Below the pieces are notes generated by a model. It had not been told where the DNA came from and searched no databases. It was given only the letters and a program-made list of their open reading frames with translations. This document shows positions 11,188 through 22,700 of a stretch of 64,000 nt of DNA, in pieces. Each line of letters opens with the position of its first letter. Position 1 is the first letter of the stretch. The DNA is from Malacoraja senta (lineage: Eukaryota). The stretch lies in NCBI GenBank assembly GCA_038087875.1, contig CM075981.1, positions 930,001 through 994,000 of the forward strand, written 5' to 3'. Made by a program: the position numbers and the translations under genes.

Positions 11188-11670
11188 GAAACATACATAG
11201 ATACATAGATAGATAGACAATAGGTGCAGGAGTAGGCCATTCAGCCCTTCGAGCCAGCACTGCCATTCAATGTGATCATGGCTGATCATCCACAATTAGT
11301 ACCCCGTTCCTGCCTTGTCCCCATATCTCTTGATTCCGCTAGCCCTAAGAACTCTATCTAACTCTCTTTTGAATTTATCCAGTGAATCGGCCTGCACTGC
11401 CTTCTGAGGCAAAGAATTCCACAACTCTCTGGGTGAAAAGGTTTTCCTCATCTCAGTTCTAAATGGGCTACCCCTTATTCTTAAAATGTGGCCCCTGGTT
11501 CCGGACTCCCCCAACATCGGGAACATGTTTCCTGCATCTCGCGTGTCCAATCCCTTAATAATTTTGTATGTGTCTATAAGATGCCCTCTCATCCTTCTAA
11601 ATTCCAGTGAATACAAGCCCAGTCGCTCCATTCTTTCATCATATGACACTCCCACCATCCCGGGAATTAA
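11188..11670 (-). mobile_element. CR1 LINE 3' fragment
   Basis: ORF 11296-11826 contains the CR1 ORF2 C-terminus (RLGLYSLEFRRMRG...TRGH...G.GY) plus 3'UTR and ATAG tail. Copy at ~51761-52243. Confidence 0.9.
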
Positions 11671-12319
11671 CCTCACTGGATGCTGGAACCTTGAGTACAA
11701 CACAAAGTACTGGAGTAAATCTAGCTTGTCAAGGGTGGCATGGTGGTGCAGCGGTAGAGTTGCTGCCTTACAATGCATAATCAAGGACCACCCACCCTGG
11801 TCACTCCCTCTTTTCCCCTCTCCCATCAGGCAAGTTGTATGGAGGTTTGAAAACGCACACCTGCAGAGTCAGGGACATTTTCTTCCCAGCAGTTATCAGG
11901 CAACTGAACCATCCACTCGCCAGCTGGAAAGCGATCCTGACCTCCCATCTACCTCATTGGCGACCTTCCAACTATCTTTAATCATCTGGTGACATAGAAT
12001 TAAAGATCAACTAAGCTGGTGCATGCTGGTGTTTACATACCACTCGTCACTTCTCCCATCTTTTCTTTTCTAACTTTATCAACGCTGGACACAAAGTGCT
12101 GGAGTACCTCAGCGAGTCAGGCAGCATCTCTGAAGAACATGGATAGGTGAGGTTTTGGGTCGAGATCCTGGATGGTGGAATTTCCCAGCTGAACTCCCTG
12201 GGCTCTGTTGCTGTACCCTGCTCCATGCAGAGATTTCACAGCAATCAGGATATTAATGTTTCCAACATGAACAATCTTTTTTCCTCGCACTGATTCTAGA
12301 TCTTTCCCCCTTTGCTCAG

Positions 12320-12410
12320 TTACATTATATGGACGGTGGGACGCTGGCTGTACTTCGCTCTGCTTGGGATCTGCAGTATCTCAGTCTCATTGTTCACAAG
12401 TATAAGGAAG
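12320..12410 (+). CDS. Receptor copy 1, exon 4 (transmembrane, contains Arg) YIIWTVGRWLYFALLGICSISVSLFTSIRK
   Basis: tttgctcag| acceptor, phase 2 in. Hydrophobic segment. AAG|GTATGT donor, phase 0. Confidence 0.85.
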
Positions 12411-13313
12411 GTATGTTTTGCGGATATCATCAGAATCGCTGAATGCTTCCAAATGATCTCCATTAATACCTTCAAACATGCTGATAAAATAAAACAAACG
12501 AAAAGTGTTTAGAAAAGGTATTTCACAAATACAGGCCAAACCAATGCTCTACGAAGATGATATCAATAGGTCTTGACAAGATGTTTGTGTGCAGAATGAA
12601 CTGAAGTGTTTGACGTAGATGTTGTAGCGTCATTGAATCGGAGAAATACAGCACGGAAACAGGCCCTTTGGCCCATTGTGGCCACGCAGACCATCATATC
12701 TGAACCCCAGTTCCCTCCCTTGTACTTTCAGTTTGAAGAACGGTCCCGACCTGAAATGTCACCCATCCTTTTTCTCCAGAGATCTTGCCTGACTTGCTGG
12801 GTTACTCCAGCACTTTGTATCTATCAGGCCATTGATCACCCATACACATTAGTTCTATGTTATCCCATTCTCTCATTGCAACTCCCAACACACTAGGGGA
12901 AATTCACACTGGCCAATTAATTTGCAAAACCACAAGTCTTTGGGAGGTGGGAGGAAACTGGAGCTAGCAGTTTTATGTTTATATTTAAATTTATTTATTA
13001 TTGTTATGTCTATTTTCTTTTTTTATGTGCTGCATTGGCAATAAGCATTTCACTACACCAATTGGTGTATGTGACTAATAAAGAACCGTTGAGCCTTTGA
13101 GACCCACATGGCCACAGCGAGAACATGCAAACTCCACACAGATAGCACCAAAGTCAAAATCCAAGCAAATTCTTGGACACTGTGAGGTAGCAGCTCTATC
13201 CGCTGCATCACTGTGCCAATTGGAAGCAGAATTCTGTTGTGAGTGGCCTTGTGAAATAAAGCACAATTTCCCGAGTTAATGAATCTGATGACTTCAACAT
13301 TTTTTTTTTGCAG

Positions 13314-13349
13314 GGACCCAATGAACCGAAACCTCACAGCTTTCCGTAG
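13314..13349 (+). CDS. Receptor copy 1, exon 5 (short cytoplasmic tail) GPNEPKPHSFP*
   Basis: Strong acceptor (T)10-GCAG|. The phase-0 reading stops at TAG 13347-13349. The complete model is 206 aa from ATG 4421. Confidence 0.65.
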   Translation, partial: GPNEPKPHSFP

Positions 13350-14004
13350 AAGGCAGAATGAAGATCCACTGGTGATAGTGACTGAGAAACAACTCTCCAA
13401 CAAGACCAAATGATCATTATTATTTTGAATGAATGAATGAATGAATGAATGCTTTATTGTCACATGTGACAAGTCGCAGTGTAATTCTTTGCTTGCTAAC
13501 CCAAGGTATGAAAATAGTCACCCATAAAGGGCATTGACAAAGTGTTTTTCAATTTGCTTTCATAATAGACTGCACAGAATTAATGTTTCTTCTGCTAAAA
13601 CTATTAACTTAGTTCACTCAATATTCACTCAGTAAAGGTGCCATCAAAACAATGTTGCAAGCCTTTATAGCAATGACATTATTTTGTGTTGTGTAGCATG
13701 ATATTGCAGTCATGAGGAATAAATTGTATTAAATCCTGGAAATGCCTCATGGTTTTAACTGTGAAGAATATTTGGAAGAGGGAAACTATAAGCTATGACA
13801 TCCCATCAGATCAATTGTTCTGGAAGTACTTTTTCTCATGAGAACATCATTGTAATATACATTGCTGAGCAGTTTTCAAGTCACGTCTGGCTTATTCTTA
13901 TATGCATGTATGGTGAGGTGCAGGTACAATGAAAATCACACTTGTGGCAACGTCACAGGCCCATACACGTAGACACACAAAAATATAAATGATACATAGG
14001 GTGT

Positions 14005-14300
14005 TCAGCGGTGGAGTTGCTGCCTTCATTTCAGCGCCAGAGACGCGGGTTCGATCCTGACTACGGGTGCTGTCTGTACAGAGTTTTTATGTTCTCCCCA
14101 TGACCAAGTGGGTTTTCTCTGAGATCTTTGGTTTCTTCCCACACTCCAAAGACGTGCAGGTTTGTAGGTTAATTGGCTTCGGTAAAATTGTAAATTGACC
14201 CTAGTGTGTACAGGATAGTGCTGGTGAGAGGAGGGGATCACTGGTTAGCGTGAACTAGGTGGGCCAAAGGTCCCGTTTCCATGCTGTATCTCTAAACTAA
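14005..14300 (+). mobile_element. HE1/V-SINE-type SINE
   Basis: Head, V-domain and tail motifs. Confidence 0.8.
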
Positions 14301-15250
14301 ACTTAACTCAACTAAGATGTCCAATTCTACTGAATAAAAGTCACCATATCTCTCAAGCTAATTGGCACTTTACTCAAAGCAATGGGTTCCATCTGACAAT
14401 CTTGTTCTCTTTATTCATTGCATGTGAAAACAGTTGAGACTTAATTTTATTTCCTTGCCTCAACAGAACTTGAATAATCTTATGAAGGAATGATGAATGA
14501 ATAGGTTTATTGACCAAATATTCACATACAAGGAATTTGCCTTGCTCTGCTCGCAAGTGCAATGTGACATTAGGAATGACACCTAAAACATTAAACATTA
14601 ACAATAACATATATTTTTATAACAGAACCAATGACAACCACACTATCTCCAATTACAAGATTGATATCAACAGTACTCAAAACAAAATATAGTGCAAGAT
14701 ATATTCTTGTCATAACTTTTTTTACGCACTGGAACTGAATCCATGTCAAGGACATTTGGTCGATTTTGTTTTGTTAAACGCAAGTGTCAAGAGTTTGATT
14801 GTCATATGTAGCGACAGGGGGGCAATATAGTTCTTTGTTTCAGTAGCATAACGAGTCTGCGGATTTATAGAGTTATACAACACGGGAAACAGACCCTTCA
14901 GCCCAACTTGTCCAAGTCGACCAAGATGCCCCATCTACTCTAGTTTCCTCCTGCCAGCGTTTGGTCCATCTCCTTCTAAACCAGTCCTATCATGTAACTG
15001 TCCAAAATGCCTTTAAAATGTTTTTGTAGCACCTGCCTCAACTACCTCATCATTTAGCTCATTCCATACACCCACAACTCACTGCGTGAAAAAATGATGC
15101 CCCTCAGGAACCTATTAAATATTTTCGCTTTTACCTGAAGCCTTGTCCCCTGAGTCTTGATTCCCCTACTCTAGGTAAGAGACTTGTTTCTCTTGTTACC
15201 CTTGTTTCCCTTTCCCCTAATCTGTCTGAAGAAAGGTCTCGACTCTGAAA

Positions 15251-15636
15251 CATATAAGATTGTTAAGGGCTTGGACATGCTAGAGGCAGGAAAACATGTT
15301 CCCGATGTTGGGGGAGTCCAGAACCAGGGGCCACAGTTTAAGAATAAGGGGTAAGCCATTTAGAACAGAGAGGAGGAAACACTTTTTCTCACAGAGAGTG
15401 GTGAGGTCTGTGGAATTCTCTGCTTCAGAGGGCAGTGGAGGCAGGTTCTCTGGATACTTTCAAGAGAGAGCTAGATAGGCCTCTTAAAGATAGCAGAGTC
15501 AGGGGATATCGGGAGAAGGCAGGAATGGGGTACTGATTAGGGATGATCAGCCATGATCACATTGAATGGCGGTGCTGGCTCGAAGGGCCAAATGGCCTAC
15601 TCCTGCACCTATTGTCTATAGTATTGTCTATTGTCT
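15251..15636 (+). mobile_element. CR1 LINE 3' fragment
   Basis: MFPMLGESRTRGHSLRIRG...; 3'UTR gatgatcagccatgatcac...cctactcctgcacc. Copy at ~55822-56205. Confidence 0.9.
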
Positions 15637-16834
15637 AAAACATCACCTATTCCTTTTCTCCAGAGATGCTGCCTGATCCGATGAGTAACTCTAGATTTTT
15701 GTGTCTATCTTCAGTTTGAACGAGCATCTGCAGTTCCTTCCAACACAACCCTATCTATTCCCCTCATTGTGCTTGTAAACACAATGCACACAGTTAATAT
15801 ATAATGTCCAAATATGAATTAGTTGATAACTCCAATAAGGAACAATAAATAACATGTCCTTAGTCCAACCAAAGACTGTCCATACTTCATAGTTGAGGTT
15901 AGTGTGCAGTGTTCAAAAGCCTAATTGTTGCTGCTGAGAAGCTGTTTCTTGAACCTGGAGGTCACGGTTTTCAGGCTCCTGTACCTTCTTCCCAATGGCA
16001 AGAGTGAAATGAGAGCATGGTCAGAGTGTCATAGAGTGATACAGTGTGGAAACAGGCCCTTCGGCCCAACTTTATTCGGCAATAAAGTTCAGTCATCTTC
16101 CTCCTTTGTTCACCCGTGGTGGTCGGGGGGCCTTGAACCCTCAGCACTGCCTCTGCCGACGGGCCGATGTTCAAGCCCTCTCGTCGGGATGATGGAGACT
16201 CCAGCGTCGGGGGCGGAACGGAAACACTCCGCGGAATGGATTCTCCCGAATCGGCCTTTTCTAACTGGAGACCGCGGCTTCATGGTGTTAAAGTCCACAA
16301 GCCCCACGGTCGAAACATTAAAACATACATTTTAGAAACAGTAAAAATAACAAAAATGTTGAAATAACACACAGGATTTGGGCGAGGCTGCCATCTCGGC
16401 GCCACCCAGTGACGCATCTATCTTCTCTATGGATTTTGTGTCTATCTTCGATTAAACCAGCATCTGCAGTTCTTTCCTACACAACAAAAGACATTCCCTG
16501 TTTGCCGTTTCGTCATTATTCAAGATCCAGGGGCCGTCATCTGTAAACTCCCAGGAGGGGTAAGAACAGAATTCGGCCAAACAGCATTGTGATCCCGGCA
16601 CTGATCCCTTTGGTACATCATTTAGGGCAGCACGGTGGTACAGATGTAGAATGGCTGCCTTACAACGCCAGGGACCCGGGTTCGATCATGACCACGGGGG
16701 CCTTGTCTGTCTGGAGTTTGTACATTCTCCCCGTGAACTGCGTGGGTTTTTCTCTTAAAACTTCGGTTTCCTCCCACACTCCAAAAACGTACAGGTTTAC
16801 AGGTTAATTGGCTTGGTATAAATGTAAAACGTAC

Positions 16835-17160
16835 CTTCAGATACTTGGAGATGAACGTTAAACAATGGATCAACGCCAGGTGCAGCAATTCCACAGCTGT
16901 ACCATCCTGTATCTCCAGAGTGAAGATGCTCCACAGTCACAGAAAATATCCTTGTGTCGGGTTATCTGTGATTGACACTCTTCCGCTCCGTCCGTGTTGC
17001 CCATTTGTCTTCACTACAATTGAGCACGCGATATCCCACCCGTGACACCAGTATTTAATGCGTGAGCGGTACCGTGCTTTATAGTGACAATCGATTGTGA
17101 TATCTTTTCTCACAACTCCTCCTACAGATTTCTTTCCCCACAGGGACAGTCCACCTGAAA
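16835..17160 (-). pseudogene. Orphan inverted Ig V exon (V2) with a 1-nt deletion
   Basis: Paralog of 9578-9904 with both splice sites intact. It is 326 nt, with a frameshift near 16949 (ggatatttt vs ggaatattt) that could be a consensus error. No - strand leader or TM exon found. Confidence 0.8.
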
Positions 17161-17211
17161 CTGAGAGGAAAAAATCTTCAGAAAATGTACAGGACAAATC
17201 TACTTAACACA

Positions 17212-19769
17212 AATCTACTAGCCCCGCCGACCCCGACTCCACTGCCCGAGGACTCCTACCGTCGGGTCCGCCGACCCTCGCCACTGAACCTCCCCTCCAG
17301 CACCCCGCAGCCGTCGCCTCACCTGCAGACTGGTCTGTGTACTGGGCCTGAAGCCTCCACGCTGCTCACTCCACCCTCCTGGGTTTCACTCCACTGGGTC
17401 CTAGCGCTAGTCTGCCTATACCTCAGTGTTAGTTCCACTGATACTTCCCCATCCTTCTCCAACTATGGGACCCCTTCTCTTCCCCACCCACACTACAGCC
17501 CTCTCACCCCCCCCACCCCCTCACCACCCACCACCCCCCCCACCACCCACCACCCCCCCACCACACATCGCCTCGTCCCATTCCACCCACCTGCCTTCCT
17601 CCGGCCCCAACCCTCATCCCTGCCGGGTGTTCACCATCCCCCCCGACCTCCCCCTCTCCGACATCGAACGGTCCGTCCACAGCAGAGGTCTTACCTTTGT
17701 CCCCCTCCGTCCCCACCTCAATGAGTTCCGCGCCCTCCATGACTTGGAACGCTTCTACCGTCGCCTTCGCCTCACAGCGCACTTCCATGGGAAGGAGTCC
17801 TCGCCCCCCACTGATGACCCCTTTTCCTGGCTCCAACACACCCCCCTCCTCGTGGAACCCCCCCTCGTAGCCTTCCGGCTTTAGAACTCTTCATCAAAAA
17901 CTTGCCGCAGTGACATCAACCGACTCAACTTCTCCACTCCCCGTCTCACTCCAATCTCTCCCCCCCTGAACGCACTGCCATCGACTCACTCCGCAACAAC
18001 CTAGATTGGGTTATCAAACCCGCCGACAAGGGAGGTGTCGTGGTAGTCTGGCGCGTCGATCTCTTACAAAGCTGAGGCCACGCGCCAACTCTCGGACACC
18101 TCCTCCTACATACCCCTGACCATGACCCCCACTGACGAGCACCAGGCCACCATCTCCAGCACCATCACCGACTTCATCCACTCCCACGCCCTGCCCGACC
18201 GAGCCTCCAACCTCATCGTTCACCAGCCCCGCAAGGCCCAATTTTACCTTCTCCCCAAAATCCACAAACCTGACTGTCCCGGTAGACCCATTGTCTCTGC
18301 CTATTCGTGCCCCACCGAACTCATCTCCGCCTACCTCGACTCCATCCTATCCCCTTGGTTAAATCCCTCCCTACCTATGTTCAAGACACCTCTGACACTC
18401 TCCGTCATCTGCGCGCATTCCACTCTCTAGGCCCTCACCCCCTCATCTTCACCATGGACGTCCAGTCATTGTACACCTCCATCCCCCACCAGGATGGTCT
18501 CGAAGCCCTCCGTTTTTTCCTCGACCGAAGAAGCAACCTACACCCGGCCACTGACACCCTCCTCCCACTAGCGGAGCTGGTCCTTACCCTCAATAACTTC
18601 TCATTTGACTCCTCCCATTTCCTCCAAATACAAGGCGTAGCTATGGGCACACGAATGGGCCCCAGGTACGCCTGCCTGTTTGTCGGGTACGTAGAACAAT
18701 CCTTGTTCAATACGTACCAGGGCCCCATCCCCGAATTCTACCTCCGCTACACCGATGACTGTTTTTGGTGCCACCTCCTGCACCCACACACAACTGACTG
18801 ACTTCATCCGCTTCACCACCAACTTCCATCCGGCACTCAAATACACCTGGACCATTTCCGACACTTCCCTACCATTCCTTGACCTCACTATCTCCATCGC
18901 AGGTGATAGACTTCATACCGACATCCACTACAAACCTACTGACTTACATGGCTTTCTGGACTACACTTTCTTCCCACCCTGCTTCCTGTAAGGACTCCAT
19001 CCCCACTCTCAATTCCTCCGTCTACGCCGCATCTGCTCCCAGGATGAGGCGTTTCCACACCAGGGCATCCGAAATGTCCTCATTCTTCAGGGAACGGGGG
19101 TTCCCCTCCTCCACCATAGATGAGGCTCGCACCAGGGTCTCTGCCATACCCCGTAACACTGCTCTCTCTCCCCATCCCCCCACTCACAACAAGGGCAGGG
19201 TCCCCCTAGTCCTCACCTTTCATCCCACCAGCCGTCACATAAAACAAGTGATCCTCCGTCAGTTTTGCCACCTCCAACGTGACCCCACCACTCGCCACAT
19301 CTTCCCATCTCCCCATATGTCTGCCTTCCGCAAAGACCACCTCCTCCGTAACTCCCTTGTCAATTCTCTTCCCTCCCGTACCACCCCCTCCCCGGGTACT
19401 TTCCCTTGCAACCGCAAGAGATGCAACACTTGTCCCTTCACCTCCCCCCTCGATTCCATTCAAGGACTCAAGCAGTCGTTCCAGGTGCGACAGAGGTTCA
19501 CCTGCATCTCCTCCAACCTCATCCATTGCATCCGCTGCTCTAGATGTCAGCTGATCTACATCGGTGAGACCAAGCGGAGGCTTTGCGATCGTTTCGCCGA
19601 ACACCTCCGGTCGGTCCGCAATAACCTACCTGACCTCCCGGCTCAGAACTTCAACTCCCCCTCCCATTCTGTATCTGACCTCTCTGTCCTGGGTCTCCTC
19701 CATGGCCACAGCGAGCAACACCGGAAATTGGAGGAAATGCACCGCATATTCCGCTTGGGCAGTCTACAT
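17212..19769 (+). mobile_element. Penelope-like element in the inverted arm, frameshifted, 3' end replaced by CR1
   Basis: RT and GIY-YIG fragments in ORFs 18122-19850. Same insertion point relative to the V exon (tacttaacaca at 17201-17211). Confidence 0.93.
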
Positions 19770-22700
19770 AGATACATAGATAGATACATAGAAAATAGGT
19801 GCAGGAGTAGGCCATTCGGCCCTTCGAGCCTGCACCGCCATTCAATATGATCATGGCTGATCATCCAACTCAGTATCCCGTACCTGCCTTCTCTCCATAC
19901 CCCCTGATCCCCTTAGCCACAAGGGCCACATCTAACTCCCTCTTAAATATAGCCAATGAACTGGTCTCAACTACCCTCTGTGGCAGAGAGTTCCAGAGAT
20001 TCACCACTCTCTGTGTGAAAAAGTTTTTCCTCATCTCGGTCCTAAAGGATTTCCCCCTTATCCTTAAGCTGTGACCCCTAGTCCTGGTCTTCCCCAACAT
20101 CGGGAACAATCTTCCTGCATCTAGCCTGTCCAACCCCATAAGAATTTTGTACGTTTCTATAAGATCCCCTCTCAATCTCCTAAATTCTAGCGAGTATAAG
20201 CCAAGTCTATCCAGTCTTTCTTCATATGAAAGTCCTGACATCCCAGGAATCAGTCTGGTGAACCTTCTCTCCACTCCCTCTATGGCTATAATGTCCTTCC
20301 TCAGATTTGGAGACCAAAACTGTATGCAATGCTCCAGGTGTGGTCTCACCAAGACCCTGTACAACTGCAGTAGAACCTCCCTGCTCCTATACTCAAATCC
20401 TCTTGCTATGAAGGCCAACATACCATTCGCTTTCTTCACTGCCTGCTGCACCTGCATGCCTACTTTCAATGACTGGTGTACCATGACACCCAGGTCTCGC
20501 TGCATCTCCCCATTTCCTAATCGGCCACCATTTAGATAATAGTCTGCCTTCCCGTTTTTGCCACCAAAGTGGATAACCTCACATTTATCCACATTATACT
20601 GCATCTGCCAAACATTTGCCCACTCACCCAGCCTATCCAAGTCACCTTGCAGTCTCCTAGCATCCTCCTCACAGCTAACACTGCCCCCCAGCTTAGTGTC
20701 ATCCGCAAACTTGGCGATGTTGCTTTCAATTCCCTCGTCCAGATCATTAATATAAATTGTAAATAGCTGGGGTCCCAGCACTGAGCCTTGCGGTACCCCA
20801 CTAGTCACTGCCTGCCATTGTGAAAAGGACCCGTTTACTCCTACTCTTTGCTTCCTGTTTGCCAGCCAGTTCTCTATCCACATCAATACTGAACCCCCAA
20901 TACCGTGTGATTTAAGTTTGTATCCTAATCCCTTATGCGGTACCTTGTCGAAAGCCTTCTGAAAGTCCAGATACAACACATCCATTGGTTCTCCCCTATC
21001 CACTCTACTAGTTACATCCTCGAAAAATTCTATAAGATTCGTCAGACACGATTTACCTTTCGTAAATCCATGCTGATTTTGTCCAATGATTTCACCACTT
21101 TCCAAATGTGCTGCTATCCCATCTTTAATAACTGACTCTAGCAGTTTCCCCACTACCGATGTTAGACTAACTGGTCTGTAATTCCCCGTTTTCTCTCTCC
21201 CTCCCTTCTTAAAAAGTGGGGTTACGTTTGCTACCCTCCAATCCTCAGGAACTACTCCAGAATCTAAAGAGTTTTGAAAAATTATCACTAATGCATCCAC
21301 TATTTCTGGAGCTACTTCCTTAAGTACTCTGGGATGCAGCCTATCTGGCCCTGGTGATTTATCGGCCTTTAATCCATTCAATTTACCCAACACCACTTCC
21401 CGACTAACCTGGATTTCACTCAGTTCCTCCATCTCCTTTGACCCGCGGCCCCCTGCTATTTCCAGCAGATTATTTATGTCTTCCTTAGTGAAGACGGAAC
21501 CAAAGTAGTTATTCAATTGGTCCGCCATATCCTTGTTCCCCATGATCAATTCACCTGTTTCTGACTGCAAGGGACCTACATTTGTTTTAACTAATCTCTT
21601 TCTCTTCACACATCTATAAAAACTTTTGCAGTCAGTTTTTATGTTCCCTGCCAGTTTCCTTTCATAATCCATTTTCCCTTTCCTAATTAAGCCCTTTGTC
21701 CTCCTCTGCTGGTCTCTGAATTTTTCCCAGTCCTCTGGTATGCTGCTTTTTCTGGCTAATTTGTACGCATCATCTTTTGCTTTGATACTATCCCTGATTT
21801 CCCTTGTTATCCACGGATGCACTACCTTCCCTGATTTATTCTTTTGCCAAACTGGGATGAACAATTTTTGTAGTTCATCCATGCAGTCTTTAAATGCCTT
21901 CCATTGCATATCCACCATCAACCCTTTTAGAACTAATTGCCAGTGAATCTTGGCCAATTCACGTCTCATACCCTCAAAGTTACCTTTCTTTAAGTTCAGA
22001 ACCGTTGTTTCTGAATTAACAATGTCACTCTCCATCATAATGAAGAACTCAACCATATTATGGTCACTCTTGCCCAAGGGGGCACGCACAACAAGACTGC
22101 TAACTAACCCTTCCTCATTACTCAATACCCAGTCTAGAATAGCCTGCTCTCTCGTTGGTTCCTCTACATGTTGGTTTAGATAACTATCCTACATACATTC
22201 CAAGAAATCCTCTTCCTCAGCACACCTGCCAATTTGATTCACCCAATCTATATGTGGATTGAAGTCACCCATTATAACTGTTTTGCCTTTGTTGCACGCA
22301 TTTCTAATTTCCTGTTTGATGCCATCCCCAACTTCACTACTACTGCTAGGTGGCCTGTATACAACACCTACCAGCGTTTTCTGCCCCTTAGTGTTTCGCA
22401 GCTCTACCCATCCTCCAAGCTAATGTCCTTCCTTTCCACTGCGTTAATCTCTCTAACCAGCAACGCTACCCCACCTCCTTTTCCTTTCTCTCTATCCCTC
22501 CTGAATATTGAATATCCCTGGATGTTCAGCTCCCAGCCTTGGTCACCCTGGAGCCATGTTTCCGTGATCCCAACTATATCATAATCATTAATTGCTATCT
22601 GCACGTTCAACTCATCCACCTTATTACGAATGCTCCTTGCATTCAGACACAAAGCCTTCAGGCTTGTTTTTACAACGCTCTTACCCCTTATACAATTATG

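Larger units (their letters stand above)
16078..19769. repeat. Inverted repeat, right arm (unit 1)
   Basis: Reverse complement of 6976-10654. The spacer 10655-16077 holds exons 3-5. Confidence 0.95.

Noticed and set aside
13315-13413. Longer alternative frame of exon 5 (DPMNRNLTAF...KTK*)
   Set aside because: It needs a phase-2 donor in the TM exon; only phase-0 and phase-1 GT donors are present.
17426-17884. Pro/His-rich ORFs (also 8747-9313, 49320-49886, 57998-58381) as novel proteins
   Set aside because: They are frameshifted N-terminal parts of the C-rich Penelope ORF.
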